The notes beneath the pieces are model-generated. The model saw only the letters and a list, made by a program, of their open reading frames with translations. It had not been told where the DNA came from and made no database searches. DNA of 63,756 nucleotides, counting the filler, from an uncultured bacterium (GTDB lineage: Bacteria > CAYJOG01), in assembly GCA_964371695.1 (NCBI GenBank). It is 8 parts of 8 records of this genome, joined end to end, with 100 filler letters (N's around TTAATTAATTAA, not from the genome) between each part and the next. Parts side by side here need not be neighbours in the genome. Positions count along the whole stretch, not along the records: positions 16,174 to 24,143 come from CAYJOG010000111.1; positions 24,244 to 32,158 come from CAYJOG010000112.1; 6 more parts are not named here. One strand, given 5' to 3'. The position numbers were made by a program, and so were the translations under genes. Shown here piece after piece: positions 19,312 through 28,577 of this stretch (position 1 is its first letter; every line of letters begins with the position of its first letter).

Positions 19312-20813
19312 GCCAATACGACTTGCTTATCGTTGGCAGCGGCCCCGGGGGATATGTGGCCGCCGTGCGGGCGTCGCAACTGGGGCTGAAGGTGGCGCTC
19401 ATCGAAAAAGAAACCGAGCTGGGGGGCGTGTGCCTGAACTGGGGGTGTATTCCCACCAAGGCGCTCTTGACCTGCTCTGGCCTGCTGCACAAGCTGCATG
19501 ACCCAACAGCCTTTGGTTTGACCGGCGAAGTAAGGGGCGATTTCAGCGCCATTTTGCACCGCAGCCGCGAGGTGGTGAAGCGCCTCAACAAGGGCCTCGC
19601 CATGCTCATGAAATCTCACGGCGTTGCGGTGGTGACCGGCACGGGCAAGGTGCTAACGCCCGGCACGGTAGAGGTGACCCACAACGGCCAGAGCCAGACG
19701 CTCACGGGGCGATTTGTGCTGCTGGCGGCGGGGGCAAGGCCCCGCGAGTTGCCCGGTGTGGGGCTGGACGGCGAACTGGTGCTCAGCAGCCGGGAGCTGT
19801 TGTCGCTTTGCCTTGAGGGCGAGGCCCATGCCCCTGAAACAACCGGCGAGAAAACCCGCAAGTTCCCCCGTTTTTCTGGCGAAGCCCCGGCGGAAAGTTC
19901 ACCACCCAAAGGCCAGCCCAAATCGTTGCTCGTCATTGGCGGCGGGGCCATCGGTCTGGAGTTTGCCGATTTTTTCAACGCCTTGGGCACGTCGGTGACG
20001 GTGGTGGAAGTGGCCCCGCGCCTGTTGCCCATGGCAGATGAAGACGTCTCCAGGGCCATCCGCGCCAGCTTTGAAAAACGCGGCGTGAAGGTGCTTGCGG
20101 AAACCTCGGTGGTGAAGGTGACCCGCGACAAAAGCGGCAACGGTCAGGCGGAACTGGTGGACGCCCAGGGCCAGCATCAGACGCTGGCGGTGCAGAAGGT
20201 GCTGCTGGGGGTGGGCGTGGTTCCCAACCTGACGGGGCTGATGTCTGGGGGCCTTTCACCCAGCCTCACGGCCAAGGGGTTCATTCACGTGGGGGAACAT
20301 TACGAAACGTCACTGCCGGGGGTTTACGCCATCGGCGACATCACCGGCCCGCCGCTGCTGGCCCACGCCGCCAGTCAGCAGGCCCGCGCCGCCGTGGGCC
20401 ACATGGCGGGCAAACCAGAGGTTTTTGTGGCCCACGACACCATTCCCGCCTGTGTCTACACCCACCCCGAAGCCGCCTGGGTGGGCGAGACGGAAGCCGC
20501 CCTCAAGGCCCAGGGGCTGGAGGCGGGCAAGGATTATCGTGTGGGGCGTTTTCACTTTTCCGCCAGCGGCCGCGCTTTGGCGGCGGGTGAAACAGAGGGT
20601 TTCGTCAAGGTGCTGGTGGATGCGAAATATGGCGGCCTGCTGGGGGGGCATCTTTATGGCCCCATGGTGAGCGAACTGCTGGCCCCGCTGGTGATGATGA
20701 AAACCCTGGAACTCACGGTGGAAGACATGTTGGCCTGCACTTTTGCCCATCCCACACTGTCCGAGGCGGTTTATCACGCCCTCGCGGACGCCGTGGGCCT
20801 GCGGACGGATTGA
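19308..20813 (+). CDS. lpdA: Dihydrolipoamide dehydrogenase E3
   Basis: GSGPGGY, GGVCLNWGCIPTK, GGGAIG, HPTLSE. Carries an extra ~33-aa loop. Confidence 0.93.
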   Translation: MSQYDLLIVGSGPGGYVAAVRASQLGLKVALIEKETELGGVCLNWGCIPTKALLTCSGLLHKLHDPTAFGLTGEVRGDFSAILHRSREVVKRLNKGLAMLMKSHGVAVVTGTGKVLTPGTVEVTHNGQSQTLTGRFVLLAAGARPRELPGVGLDGELVLSSRELLSLCLEGEAHAPETTGEKTRKFPRFSGEAPAESSPPKGQPKSLLVIGGGAIGLEFADFFNALGTSVTVVEVAPRLLPMADEDVSRAIRASFEKRGVKVLAETSVVKVTRDKSGNGQAELVDAQGQHQTLAVQKVLLGVGVVPNLTGLMSGGLSPSLTAKGFIHVGEHYETSLPGVYAIGDITGPPLLAHAASQQARAAVGHMAGKPEVFVAHDTIPACVYTHPEAAWVGETEAALKAQGLEAGKDYRVGRFHFSASGRALAAGETEGFVKVLVDAKYGGLLGGHLYGPMVSELLAPLVMMKTLELTVEDMLACTFAHPTLSEAVYHALADAVGLRTD

Positions 20814-20815
20814 AG

Positions 20816-20946
20816 CAGGGTGCCCCGCAGGGGCGGGTGAGGGGCGAAACATGAACGAAAAAGCAAACAGAAAAGTGGTTTTGGATTAATGGATAAACCC
20901 CTCACCCGGCGCGTTGCGCCACCCTCTCCCCCTAAAGGGGAGAGGG
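20816..20946. repeat. Repeat family C (CCCTCACCC...CCCTCTCCC-loop-GGGAGAGGG hairpins); other copies at 4650-4689, 4885-4907, 25068-25137, 48043-48063, 51884-52023, 59875-60085 and 60243-60266
   Basis: Recurrent CCCTCTCCC/GGGAGAGGG stems with CCCTCA(C/T)CC or GGGTGAGGG arms. Confidence 0.85.
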
Positions 20947-20957
20947 AACGATGGGGG

Positions 20958-21839
20958 ATGCAGGCAGAGGACAATTCTGTGACAGTGGCCAATCTCGCTC
21001 TTGACGAATGGTGCTACAGCCAGTCGTTGTTGTCTGGGGCCATGACGCATTTTGACATCATTCGTCGCGCCGGTGAACTGGGTGTGCAGGGGGTGGGGCT
21101 GGATTATTTTCTGATGCCCGAAGAGGCAAAACAAAATCCGGCCAGACTGAGGGACGCCCTGAAAAAAAACGGCCTGGAACTGGTGTTGGGGTTCGGGTTT
21201 CCGTTTGCGGCGGCGGGTGTGGCTTGGCCGTTTTTGCAGGGGCGCCTGAAGCAGTTTTTTGCCGTGGCAGCGGCATGTGAGGTGAACGTATGCCGCGTGG
21301 TGGGGGGCGTGGTGGCGCCCATCAAGGGTTTTCCGCCGCTGCATCTTTCGCTGGGCAAACAGGCCGAGATAAAAGAAACAGCCCGCAACCTCAAACGTTT
21401 TTGCAGGCAGGCGCAAGACCAAGGCCTGGTGGTGGCGCTGGAATATCACATGGATTACACCGCCCGCGAAATGCTGGAAATTCTGGAACGGGCAAACGCA
21501 CCCAACCTGAAAATCACGCTGGACACCGGCAACGCAATGCACCTGGGAGAAGACCCGCTGGAAGTGGCCCGCCTGCTGATTCCCCACACCGCTTTCACGC
21601 ATCTCAAGGACATGCGGCGCGTGGGCAATCACGCCGAATGCGCTTTGATGGGCACGGGTCAGGTGTCCGTGGCAGAAATTGCCGCGATGCTCAAGGCGGG
21701 CGGCTACAGCGGTTTGTATTGCCTGGAAAACGCCCTGTCACCGGCGCAGAAAAAACACGAAGACGAATGGGTGGAAAAGGGAATAGGGATGCTCAGAAAT
21801 TATTCAAAAAAAATGGCGGAGTCACCTCCGCCTCAATGA
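20958..21839 (+). CDS. Sugar phosphate isomerase/epimerase (AP endonuclease 2 TIM-barrel) family
   Basis: ALEYH, TLDTGN, THLKD, G.G.V, CLE metal ligands. The ORF-track N-terminus derives from the repeat. Confidence 0.8.
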   Translation: MQAEDNSVTVANLALDEWCYSQSLLSGAMTHFDIIRRAGELGVQGVGLDYFLMPEEAKQNPARLRDALKKNGLELVLGFGFPFAAAGVAWPFLQGRLKQFFAVAAACEVNVCRVVGGVVAPIKGFPPLHLSLGKQAEIKETARNLKRFCRQAQDQGLVVALEYHMDYTAREMLEILERANAPNLKITLDTGNAMHLGEDPLEVARLLIPHTAFTHLKDMRRVGNHAECALMGTGQVSVAEIAAMLKAGGYSGLYCLENALSPAQKKHEDEWVEKGIGMLRNYSKKMAESPPPQ

Positions 21840-21874
21840 CCAAAATGGGGGAAAGAAAAGTTCGAAACAGATGC

Positions 21875-22498
21875 TCAGAACGAATAACCGATTGCGAGAT
21901 TCCACGAAAAGCCGCCCAGGATGTTTAATCCCAGTTCCGCGTTCATCCCATTGGCCCACCTGAAGCCACCAAGCAGGGGAAGAAGATATTTTGTTTCACT
22001 CGCGGAGTCTGAAATGGACACGCCTGCCGCTGTGACAGTCGCGTCCTTTTTGTTACTTGCCACGCCTGCACCAAAGCCGTAATACGCTCCAAAAGCGCCG
22101 TCAGAGGCTTTTCCGTGATACAGGAAGTTGTAGGTAAGCTCGTACCGGCTCATGTCTCCTTTCAGGAGAATCGGCAATCCGAGAGATGTGTCGGTTGCAG
22201 AGAATGACATGTTGGGGACGTAGGTGAAGCGTGTGCTCTGCTCGACCTTGTTTTTTGGATTCAAGACGGAATATCCGATGCCGACTGAAATTCCGCCTCC
22301 CCAATCGGCGCTTCCGTCGGTGCATGAATCACCGCAATGGAAATAACCAAGCTTTGCCTCGAACTTTTTTGTTTTTGTTTCCGAAAGTGCAGACAGGGTT
22401 TTTTTGTTGGATTGACTGGAGCCGTTTTTTGCAGAACAACTGCTGGTTATGCAACCAACGAGCAGGGTGAAGACAAGAATTGAATGGCTGGATTTCAT
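21875..22498 (-). CDS. Putative outer-membrane beta-barrel protein (secreted)
   Basis: AAGGAG SD, signal peptide, alternating beta-strands (YELTYNFLYH, YYGFGAGVA) and C-terminal WNLAIGYSF BAM-type motif. Visibly AT-richer than flanks. Confidence 0.6.
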   Translation of the reverse strand: MKSSHSILVFTLLVGCITSSCSAKNGSSQSNKKTLSALSETKTKKFEAKLGYFHCGDSCTDGSADWGGGISVGIGYSVLNPKNKVEQSTRFTYVPNMSFSATDTSLGLPILLKGDMSRYELTYNFLYHGKASDGAFGAYYGFGAGVASNKKDATVTAAGVSISDSASETKYLLPLLGGFRWANGMNAELGLNILGGFSWNLAIGYSF

Positions 22499-22660
22499 GG
22501 TTTCTCCTTTTCGACAGGTACGGTTTTTGTGAAATGATTTTTGTATTTCGTTTTTTGCACCTCCGCTGACAAGGACAAGGTCTCCACCTGTGGCCGGCAG
22601 GTCCGACAGGGCAGGAGCCACTGCCGCATAACCTTTTTGGGAATTTGACATGGCGAAGTA

Positions 22661-22680
22661 TTGAATAGTTTACTATTCAA
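22661..22680. promoter_or_regulatory. Perfect palindromic operator candidate between divergent genes
   Basis: TTGAATAGT-TT-ACTATTCAA, flanked by TTGACA (+, 22645) and TTGACT (-, 22681-22686). Confidence 0.65.
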
Positions 22681-22743
22681 AGTCAAGGGGCGTGAATAGA
22701 ATACTCTGAAGACCCTTTGTAGCTGCATTGCTACCTTCCCCTG

Positions 22744-22992
22744 ATGGTGGGAAGTGTTCTGCGGCAAGCGCGTAAAGAAGCGGGTCTTTCTCAGGAAGAG
22801 TTGGCGTTTCGCGCCGACGTGCATAGAACGTATGTGAGCATGTTGGAAAGGGATGTGTGCTCTCCCAGTCTGGATGTGCTCTTTCGCCTGTGTGATGTGT
22901 TGGGGCTACCGGCTTCTGTTTTCGTTGCCCGTGTTGAGGAAAGTAAAAAAGAAAAACCCCCTAAAACAGAAGGAAAAAGTCGGCAGAAATAA
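22744..22992 (+). CDS. XRE-family HTH transcriptional regulator
   Basis: LRQARKEAGLSQEELAFRADVHRTYVSMLER..SPSL. Confidence 0.9.
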   Translation: MVGSVLRQARKEAGLSQEELAFRADVHRTYVSMLERDVCSPSLDVLFRLCDVLGLPASVFVARVEESKKEKPPKTEGKSRQK

Positions 22993-23004
22993 TATGCGCG
23001 AGGC

Positions 23005-23949
23005 TTAAGACAGGCCCAGCCGCCGGGCGCAGTCCGACAAAAGCTCTGCCTCATAGGCCGGGCGCTTTGGGCAGCGGGGGTGCGCGTGGGGTGTGCTGAA
23101 GCGCCCCGTGAGGTGCAGGAACACCGCCGCGCTGTGTTTATAGGCGGGCACGGGTTGGCGAAAGCCCAGGTTGCCCAGGTGTTGCAGGTCGTCGTTCAAC
23201 TGAAAAAACCGGGCGTCATCCTGTAGCCAATAATGATCCCGCTCGGCAAATTTCTCAGGGCAAAAAGTGCTGAGACCCAGCAGGTAATCGCTGCCGTGCA
23301 TCACCATGTCAATGGCCAGGTCGTTGCCGGTATAAATCCTGAACTCTGGCCGCACACGGTCGCGCAGGGCCAGGCGTTCCCATTCCATTTCGCGGCTCAG
23401 CGAAGAATGTTTCATGCCCGTTATCTGGGGGATTTCCATGATGGCCTGCACGGTGTCCAGGTCATAAATGGCCCCGTTCGGGGCGAACATTTCCCCCAGC
23501 TCAAAGGCCAGCGCCCGTGGCGTGGGGGCCACAATGCGGCTCAGCATTTCCGCCACCGTGCCGCCCCTCAGACCCTTCATGCGCTGGGTCTGAAAAATGA
23601 TGGGCACGGCCCCGAACGAGAGAATGGTTTCGATCTCCCGGTGATAGAGCGAAAACATTTCGCCTTCGTCGTTTTCGATGTAAGCCCCCGCCACAAAGGG
23701 CACACCTTCTCCCAACACGGCGCGCACACGGCGCAGCACCTCACGTTTTTCATCTGCCGAGAGGACATTCACATAACCCGTGTCCATGTTGGCCGCCACG
23801 CCCAGGCCAGCCTGATGGGTGTGGGCCACGTGCTGCTCAAACTCGCTCCAGAGAATCTCGCCGCCATCGCCAATGGGCAGCAGCACGGCGCTGTGGCCTT
23901 CTATTTTGCGGCCCGGTTTGGCCTGGCCCAGCACGCTGGTGATGTTCAT
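23005..23949 (-). CDS. Dihydrodipicolinate synthase-family (class I aldolase fold) protein
   Basis: SAVLLP, NMDTG, GMKHSS Schiff-base Lys, YTGND. Start overlaps the upstream stop (ATGA). Confidence 0.7.
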   Translation of the reverse strand: MNITSVLGQAKPGRKIEGHSAVLLPIGDGGEILWSEFEQHVAHTHQAGLGVAANMDTGYVNVLSADEKREVLRRVRAVLGEGVPFVAGAYIENDEGEMFSLYHREIETILSFGAVPIIFQTQRMKGLRGGTVAEMLSRIVAPTPRALAFELGEMFAPNGAIYDLDTVQAIMEIPQITGMKHSSLSREMEWERLALRDRVRPEFRIYTGNDLAIDMVMHGSDYLLGLSTFCPEKFAERDHYWLQDDARFFQLNDDLQHLGNLGFRQPVPAYKHSAAVFLHLTGRFSTPHAHPRCPKRPAYEAELLSDCARRLGLS

Positions 23950-24143
23950 GCGTCGCCCCGTTTCAGCGCCCTGAGTTGGTCTGATTCGGGCATGGCCTTG
24001 TAAAAATGATCCAGCGGATAACACCCGCTCACCAAGCCGCCCCGCGGCGCGGTGGTGCAGTCGCTGAAGGTGCGGCAGATGAGTTTGCTGTCCAGCGGCC
24101 CGCCCGCCAGCACGTCGGCGGGCAGGTGTGGATAACTCAGCAC
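23946..24143 (-). CDS. C-terminal fragment of a probable NADH:flavin oxidoreductase (Old Yellow Enzyme family)
   Basis: [11 protein letters not shown]...[21 protein letters not shown] recalls OYE-like C-termini. Truncated by contig end. Confidence 0.5.
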   Translation of the reverse strand: MLSYPHLPADVLAGGPLDSKLICRTFSDCTTAPRGGLVSGCYPLDHFYKAMPESDQLRALKRGDA

Positions 24144-24243
24144 NNNNNNNNNNNNNNNNNNNNNNNNNNNNNNNNNNNNNNNNNNNNTTAATTAATTAAN
24201 NNNNNNNNNNNNNNNNNNNNNNNNNNNNNNNNNNNNNNNNNNN

Positions 24244-24613
24244 CCAGTTGCAGGCCCTTTTGCAGCAGTTACGGGTCGTCTTCGTTGCGCTGGCTTTCCA
24301 GAGACAGCAGGCCCTCTTTGCGGGCTTTTTCGCTGTAGGTGATGAGCTTGGAGATAATGCCCGCGTAATCAAAAGTTCGCTTTTGGGTGATCCATTTGAA
24401 CATGGGCATCAGGCTCTTCACGTCGCGGTCGGTGGAACTGGCGAAACCCTACATGAACGAACCACCTAAGATGATGACGAAAGCCGCCGGGTTGGTGAAC
24501 AGAACGAGCACGTTGCCAATGCCGCCCCCCACACCGTGGCCTGCGGCCATGGCTTCCACAAAAGCGCCCCCCACGATACTGAGGCATCCGAGTGCAATAA
24601 AAACGAGGGTCAC
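24244..24613 (-). pseudogene. motA: Flagellar stator MotA/PomA homolog with two in-frame stops (also truncated by contig end)
   Basis: Manual translation from GTG 24613 (GGAGG SD): ...NPAAFVIILGGSFM*GF...SEKARKEGLLSLESQRNEDDP*LLQKGLQL. TAG at 24449-24451, TAA at 24269-24271. Confidence 0.8.
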
Positions 24614-24964
24614 GGTTAAAAAACCTCCTGGTGGCCAAATGGTTCAAACAAAAGATAAAGCGGATTCCTGCGGCCCGAAGTGTAGCACAGCCCCGTGAAG
24701 GGAAAACGCCGACTTTCCATGGCAGTAAAAAACATGGCGGTTATTCTGCCACAAACTTTACGTGTGTGAGGATTGCACGATTTGTGGGCGGTTGTTAAGC
24801 GATAAGTGACGCAGATGCTTGGTGTGCTTTGGGCGGGGCGACTGACTTTTACCAGAAAGCAACCATCGTTCCCTCTCCCCTTTGGGGCTTGTCATAACCC
24901 ACAAATATGGCCCAACCCGGCGTCATTCCCGCGAAAGCGGGAATCCAGATCAAAACAAAAAACT

Positions 24965-24988
24965 GGTGGCGCAGGCATCTTGCCTGCG
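24965..24988 (+). repeat. REP family F (GGTGGCGCAGGCATCTTGCCTGC / GTAGAACAGGCATCTTGCCTG); related copies near 25157-25179, 31561-31584, 63004-63021 and 63256-63268
   Basis: GTGG/GTAG followed by a CAGGCA-TCT-TGCCTG hairpin. Confidence 0.7.
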
Positions 24989-25228
24989 TAAAGCAAAAAG
25001 CCCCACCTTTTTCCTTCTCCCATCTTTCGGGCGGGAGAAGGGACAGCGGTTTTTGCTTTTGAATAAACCCCTCACCCGGTTTCTGCCTGCGCTGCGCTAC
25101 GGCAGAAACCACCCTCTCCCCATAAAGGGGAGAGGGGAATAAGGTGGTTTTTTTACACAGGCAAGATGCCTGTTCTACCAAAAAAAACACCAACAGCCCG
25201 ACGGCCTACAGCCTGCCTTTGTTCCTTC

Positions 25229-26626
25229 TCAGCCTCGCTTGCTCTGGCGTTTGCGACGCTTGAGCGTGGACAAACTCAACTGGGTGATTTTTTCCACTTC
25301 GGACAAGGACAGCTTTTTTTCCTCAAACAGCCAGGACAGGTATCTGCCCTCCACTTCTTCCATCGAGGGCAGGGCGTTGAAATCCACCCCCACTGCGGCC
25401 TGGGCCACGCCGCCAGCAGCCCCGTGCGCCGACTGCGCCGACCCGGCGTTTGCCGGGGGCGCACCCGACAACGCCAGGCCCAGCAGCTCCGGCCCCAGTT
25501 CGTCGCCGGTGGCCAGCACGGCGGCGCGCTCCACGGTGTTGGCCAGCTCCCGCACGTTGCCGGGCCAGGGGTGGGCCATCAGCCGCACCATGGCGGCTTC
25601 GCTGAAATGCAGGCCCTCGCGCCCCAGCGCCTTGATCTGCCGGTTGAGGAAATGGTTGGCCAGCAGGGGAATGTCCTGGGCGCGCTCCCGCAGGGGCGGC
25701 ACCCGCACCGCAATCACGTTGATGCGAAACAGAAAGTCCTCTCGCATGCGGCCGTCGCGCACCAACCGGTCGATGTCCTGATGGGTGGCGCACACCAGCC
25801 GGAAATCCACGGGGCGGGACTGGTTCTCGCCCAGTCGGCGCACCTGACGCTCCTGCAAAACCCGCAGCAGCTTGGCCTGCAACATGGGGGTGGTCTCGCC
25901 CACTTCGTCCATGAAAAAAGTGCCGGTGTTGGCTCCTTCGAGCAGGCCGGTGCGGTCGCGGGAGGCGTCGGTGAAAGCCCCCTTGGCCGAGCCGAACAGC
26001 TCGCTTTCCAGCAGGCTTTCGGGCATGGCGGCGCAGTTCAGCGCCACCAGCGGCCCCTGGGCGCGGCGGCTGTGCTGGTGCAGAAAACTGGCCAGCAGTT
26101 CCTTGCCCGTGCCGCTCTCACCCAGAATCAGCACCGGGGCCTCGGTGGGGGCCACCTGCCGCAGGGTGTTGAGCACGTCCAGCAGGGCCGGGTCGGTGCC
26201 CACAATCATGGAGCTGCCCTGGTTTTTGAGGGCGGCCCGGAGTGTGGCGATTTCGTGGCTCAGGCTGCGGCGCTCCAGGGCGCGGGCGACGATTTTTTTG
26301 AGCTGCTCGGCGTCAAAGGGCTTGAGCACATAGTCATAGGCCCCCAGCTTCATGGCCTCCACGGCGCTGTCCACCGAGCCGTAGGCGGTCATCAGCACCA
26401 CCTCCACGGTGGGGTCGGCTTGCTTCACCAGACCAATTACGTCCAGGCCGGTTTCCGCCCCCAGGCGCAGGTCTGTCAGAACCAGGTCCAGAGGCTGGCT
26501 CAGCAGGGCGGCCTTTACCCCGGCGATGTCTTCGGCCATGGCGGTGACGTGGCCTTCTTCCTGCAGCATCAGCTCCAGGGTCTGGCGCAACGCCGCTTTG
26601 TCGTCAACCACCAGAATGCGGGCCAT
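25229..26626 (-). CDS. Sigma54-dependent response regulator (NtrC/AtoC family)
   Basis: REC domain, GESGTGKE, ESELFG, GAFTDA, WPGNVREL, C-terminal HTH. Confidence 0.92.
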   Translation of the reverse strand: MARILVVDDKAALRQTLELMLQEEGHVTAMAEDIAGVKAALLSQPLDLVLTDLRLGAETGLDVIGLVKQADPTVEVVLMTAYGSVDSAVEAMKLGAYDYVLKPFDAEQLKKIVARALERRSLSHEIATLRAALKNQGSSMIVGTDPALLDVLNTLRQVAPTEAPVLILGESGTGKELLASFLHQHSRRAQGPLVALNCAAMPESLLESELFGSAKGAFTDASRDRTGLLEGANTGTFFMDEVGETTPMLQAKLLRVLQERQVRRLGENQSRPVDFRLVCATHQDIDRLVRDGRMREDFLFRINVIAVRVPPLRERAQDIPLLANHFLNRQIKALGREGLHFSEAAMVRLMAHPWPGNVRELANTVERAAVLATGDELGPELLGLALSGAPPANAGSAQSAHGAAGGVAQAAVGVDFNALPSMEEVEGRYLSWLFEEKKLSLSEVEKITQLSLSTLKRRKRQSKRG

Positions 26627-27740
26627 GGGGCGCCTCGGGCAACAGCAGGGTAAAGGTGGCGCCGCCCTGTTGGGCGGGGTTTTCCTCCAGCAAAAGATCG
26701 CCGCCGTGCAGGCGGGCCATGTGTCGGCTCAGGGCCAGACCAATGCCCGTGCCCTCGCGGCGGGTGGTGTAGAACAGGTCAAAAATGCGGTCTTTTTCTT
26801 TTTCGGGAATGCCGGGGCCTTCGTCGCTCACCCGCACACGGGCCATGCCTGCGCCTGCGTCTACCCGCACCCGCACCGGCACGCCAGGAGGGTTATAGAC
26901 AGCGGCGTTGCTCATGAGGTTTTGCAGAATCTGCTGAAACTGCAAGGGGTCCACCAGCGTCTCGGTGGATTCGCCGGAAACCTCCACCTGGGTTTCGTCT
27001 CCGGTGCGGGCCAGCAAAAAACGCTGGGCGGCCTCCTGCGCCAGGGTGAGCAGGTCCAGACGTAAAGGGCGCGGCTCTTTCATGCGGGCCAGACCCATCA
27101 CGCCTTCCACAATGTGGTTGACGCGGCGGGATTCTTCTTCGGCGATCGTAATCATGCGCCAGGCCCGTTCGTTGGCGGGGTCGGTCTTGGCCTTGAGCAG
27201 CGACAGAGCGTTTTGAATGGCCTGCAACGGATTGCGAATTTCGTGGCTGATGCCCGCCGCCATCTGCCCCAGGGCCGAAAACTTTTCGGCCTCGTGCAGG
27301 CGACGGCGCAGTTGCACTTTGTCGGCGTTGCGGCGCACGGCGTGTACAAAGGCTTCCAGTTCAAAGGGCTTGTAGAGGTAATCGTCCACCCCCACGCGGA
27401 TGGCCTGAATGGGGGTCTGCGGCTCGGCGTAGCCCGTCACCACAATGCCCACGATTTCGGGTGTGCGCTCGCGGGCGCGACGAATGGTCTCGATGCCGTC
27501 CATGCCCTCCATGCGCACATCGCTCACCAGAATATCCGCCGGAAAAACCTCCAGCTTTTCGAGGGCCTCAAAACCGCTGCTGGCGCGCTCCACCAGAAAA
27601 CCTTCGTCTTCCAGCACCATCACGAGGCTTTCGAGCATGAGGGGGTCGTCGTCCACCACCATCACCCGCACGGGGGCCACAAAGGCGCGGGGGCCTTCAG
27701 TGGCAGCGTGGGCAGATGGGGCAGAGGGCATGTCAGTCAT
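26604..27740 (-). CDS. Cytoplasmic hybrid REC-histidine kinase
   Basis: N-terminal REC (VVDDD, SDVRM, KP), SHEIRNPL H-box, and N, G1, F, G2 boxes. Confidence 0.9.
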   Translation of the reverse strand: MTDMPSAPSAHAATEGPRAFVAPVRVMVVDDDPLMLESLVMVLEDEGFLVERASSGFEALEKLEVFPADILVSDVRMEGMDGIETIRRARERTPEIVGIVVTGYAEPQTPIQAIRVGVDDYLYKPFELEAFVHAVRRNADKVQLRRRLHEAEKFSALGQMAAGISHEIRNPLQAIQNALSLLKAKTDPANERAWRMITIAEEESRRVNHIVEGVMGLARMKEPRPLRLDLLTLAQEAAQRFLLARTGDETQVEVSGESTETLVDPLQFQQILQNLMSNAAVYNPPGVPVRVRVDAGAGMARVRVSDEGPGIPEKEKDRIFDLFYTTRREGTGIGLALSRHMARLHGGDLLLEENPAQQGGATFTLLLPEAPHGPHSGG

Positions 27741-27757
27741 TGCTGTTGGGTTTACCT

Positions 27758-27897
27758 GTAGCCCCGGCGTCTCGCCGGGAGAATAAAAACCGCCGCAGGC
27801 GGCACAAAATAGAAGTTTTTCAGGGAAATAAGGGGGGAAGACGAAATGGCGCGCGCCTCTGGCGCGGTTGATACTCCCGGCGAGACGCCGGGGCTAC
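27758..27897. repeat. REP doublet (REPIN-like) family A, complete 140-bp copy; other family A REPs at 64-86, 4507-4529, 4993-5015 and 63690-63712
   Basis: Inverted GTAGCCCCGGCGTC(T/C)CGCCGGGA ends. Interior matches the reverse complement of 13510-13616 and also window 1-97. Confidence 0.88.
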
Positions 27898-27956
27898 GTT
27901 AAAAAACTCCTGTATTTCCTCAATTTTTTCCATAAACCTAAACAGCATGGGGCATG

Positions 27957-28517
27957 TCAATTTCCGCCGGGTTTGGGTTTGCCTTTGGCCGGTGGACTCA
28001 CCTTGGGGGACTCGACGGGTTTCAGGGCTGGCTCAGCGGGGGCAGAGCCCGACACGGCCTCGCCGGACGGAGCCGGGCGGGGGGCGTCTGGGTCCCGCAG
28101 TTCGTCGCAGGCCGTCAGTTTGTAATCAATCTGCGTGAGCCGGTTGCGGTTGATCTGGGTTTCGCAGGCTTTTTCCATTTCTTCCAGCGCCTTGCCGGTT
28201 TTGCCTGCTTTCTGGTGGGGTTCCAGACAGGCGGCCCAAGCGGCGTGGTCTTCTTTACTCCAGGTGAGCACCTTTATTTTGCATTCACGCACTGAAAGGA
28301 TTTTTTTGTTCGTCTCGGTGATGCGCCAGGTGCATTCCTTCACGAAATTTTCGCGCATCTGGCCCGTCAGCTTTTTGGTGTCGGCGCGCTCCAGGCACTT
28401 GGGGCCTGGGTCCACCATGGGGGGAATGAGCACATTCGGCTCACCCACAGCCCCGGCGGGGGCCATCCACGCCAGCACCGTCACAAGCAGCAACCCCGTT
28501 CCCATCGTGCGGCGCAT
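27957..28517 (-). CDS. Secreted Cys-containing protein with a PsiF-repeat-like motif
   Basis: Signal peptide, [22 protein letters not shown], six Cys, Pro-rich tail. Confidence 0.55.
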   Translation of the reverse strand: MRRTMGTGLLLVTVLAWMAPAGAVGEPNVLIPPMVDPGPKCLERADTKKLTGQMRENFVKECTWRITETNKKILSVRECKIKVLTWSKEDHAAWAACLEPHQKAGKTGKALEEMEKACETQINRNRLTQIDYKLTACDELRDPDAPRPAPSGEAVSGSAPAEPALKPVESPKVSPPAKGKPKPGGN

Positions 28518-28577
28518 GGAAACAGTATGCCGCCAAAAACCGTGGGCGGGAAGTTCCACCTCGTTATACTCCTCGCC

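Noticed and set aside
19809-19915. Intein in LpdA (insert begins with Cys)
   Set aside because: Far too short, with no C-terminal His-Asn followed by Cys/Ser/Thr.
24269-24451. Stop-codon reassignment or pyrrolysine readthrough in motA
   Set aside because: Two different stops (TAG and TAA) are involved, and both terminate normal genes elsewhere (e.g. dapF TAG, thrS TAA).
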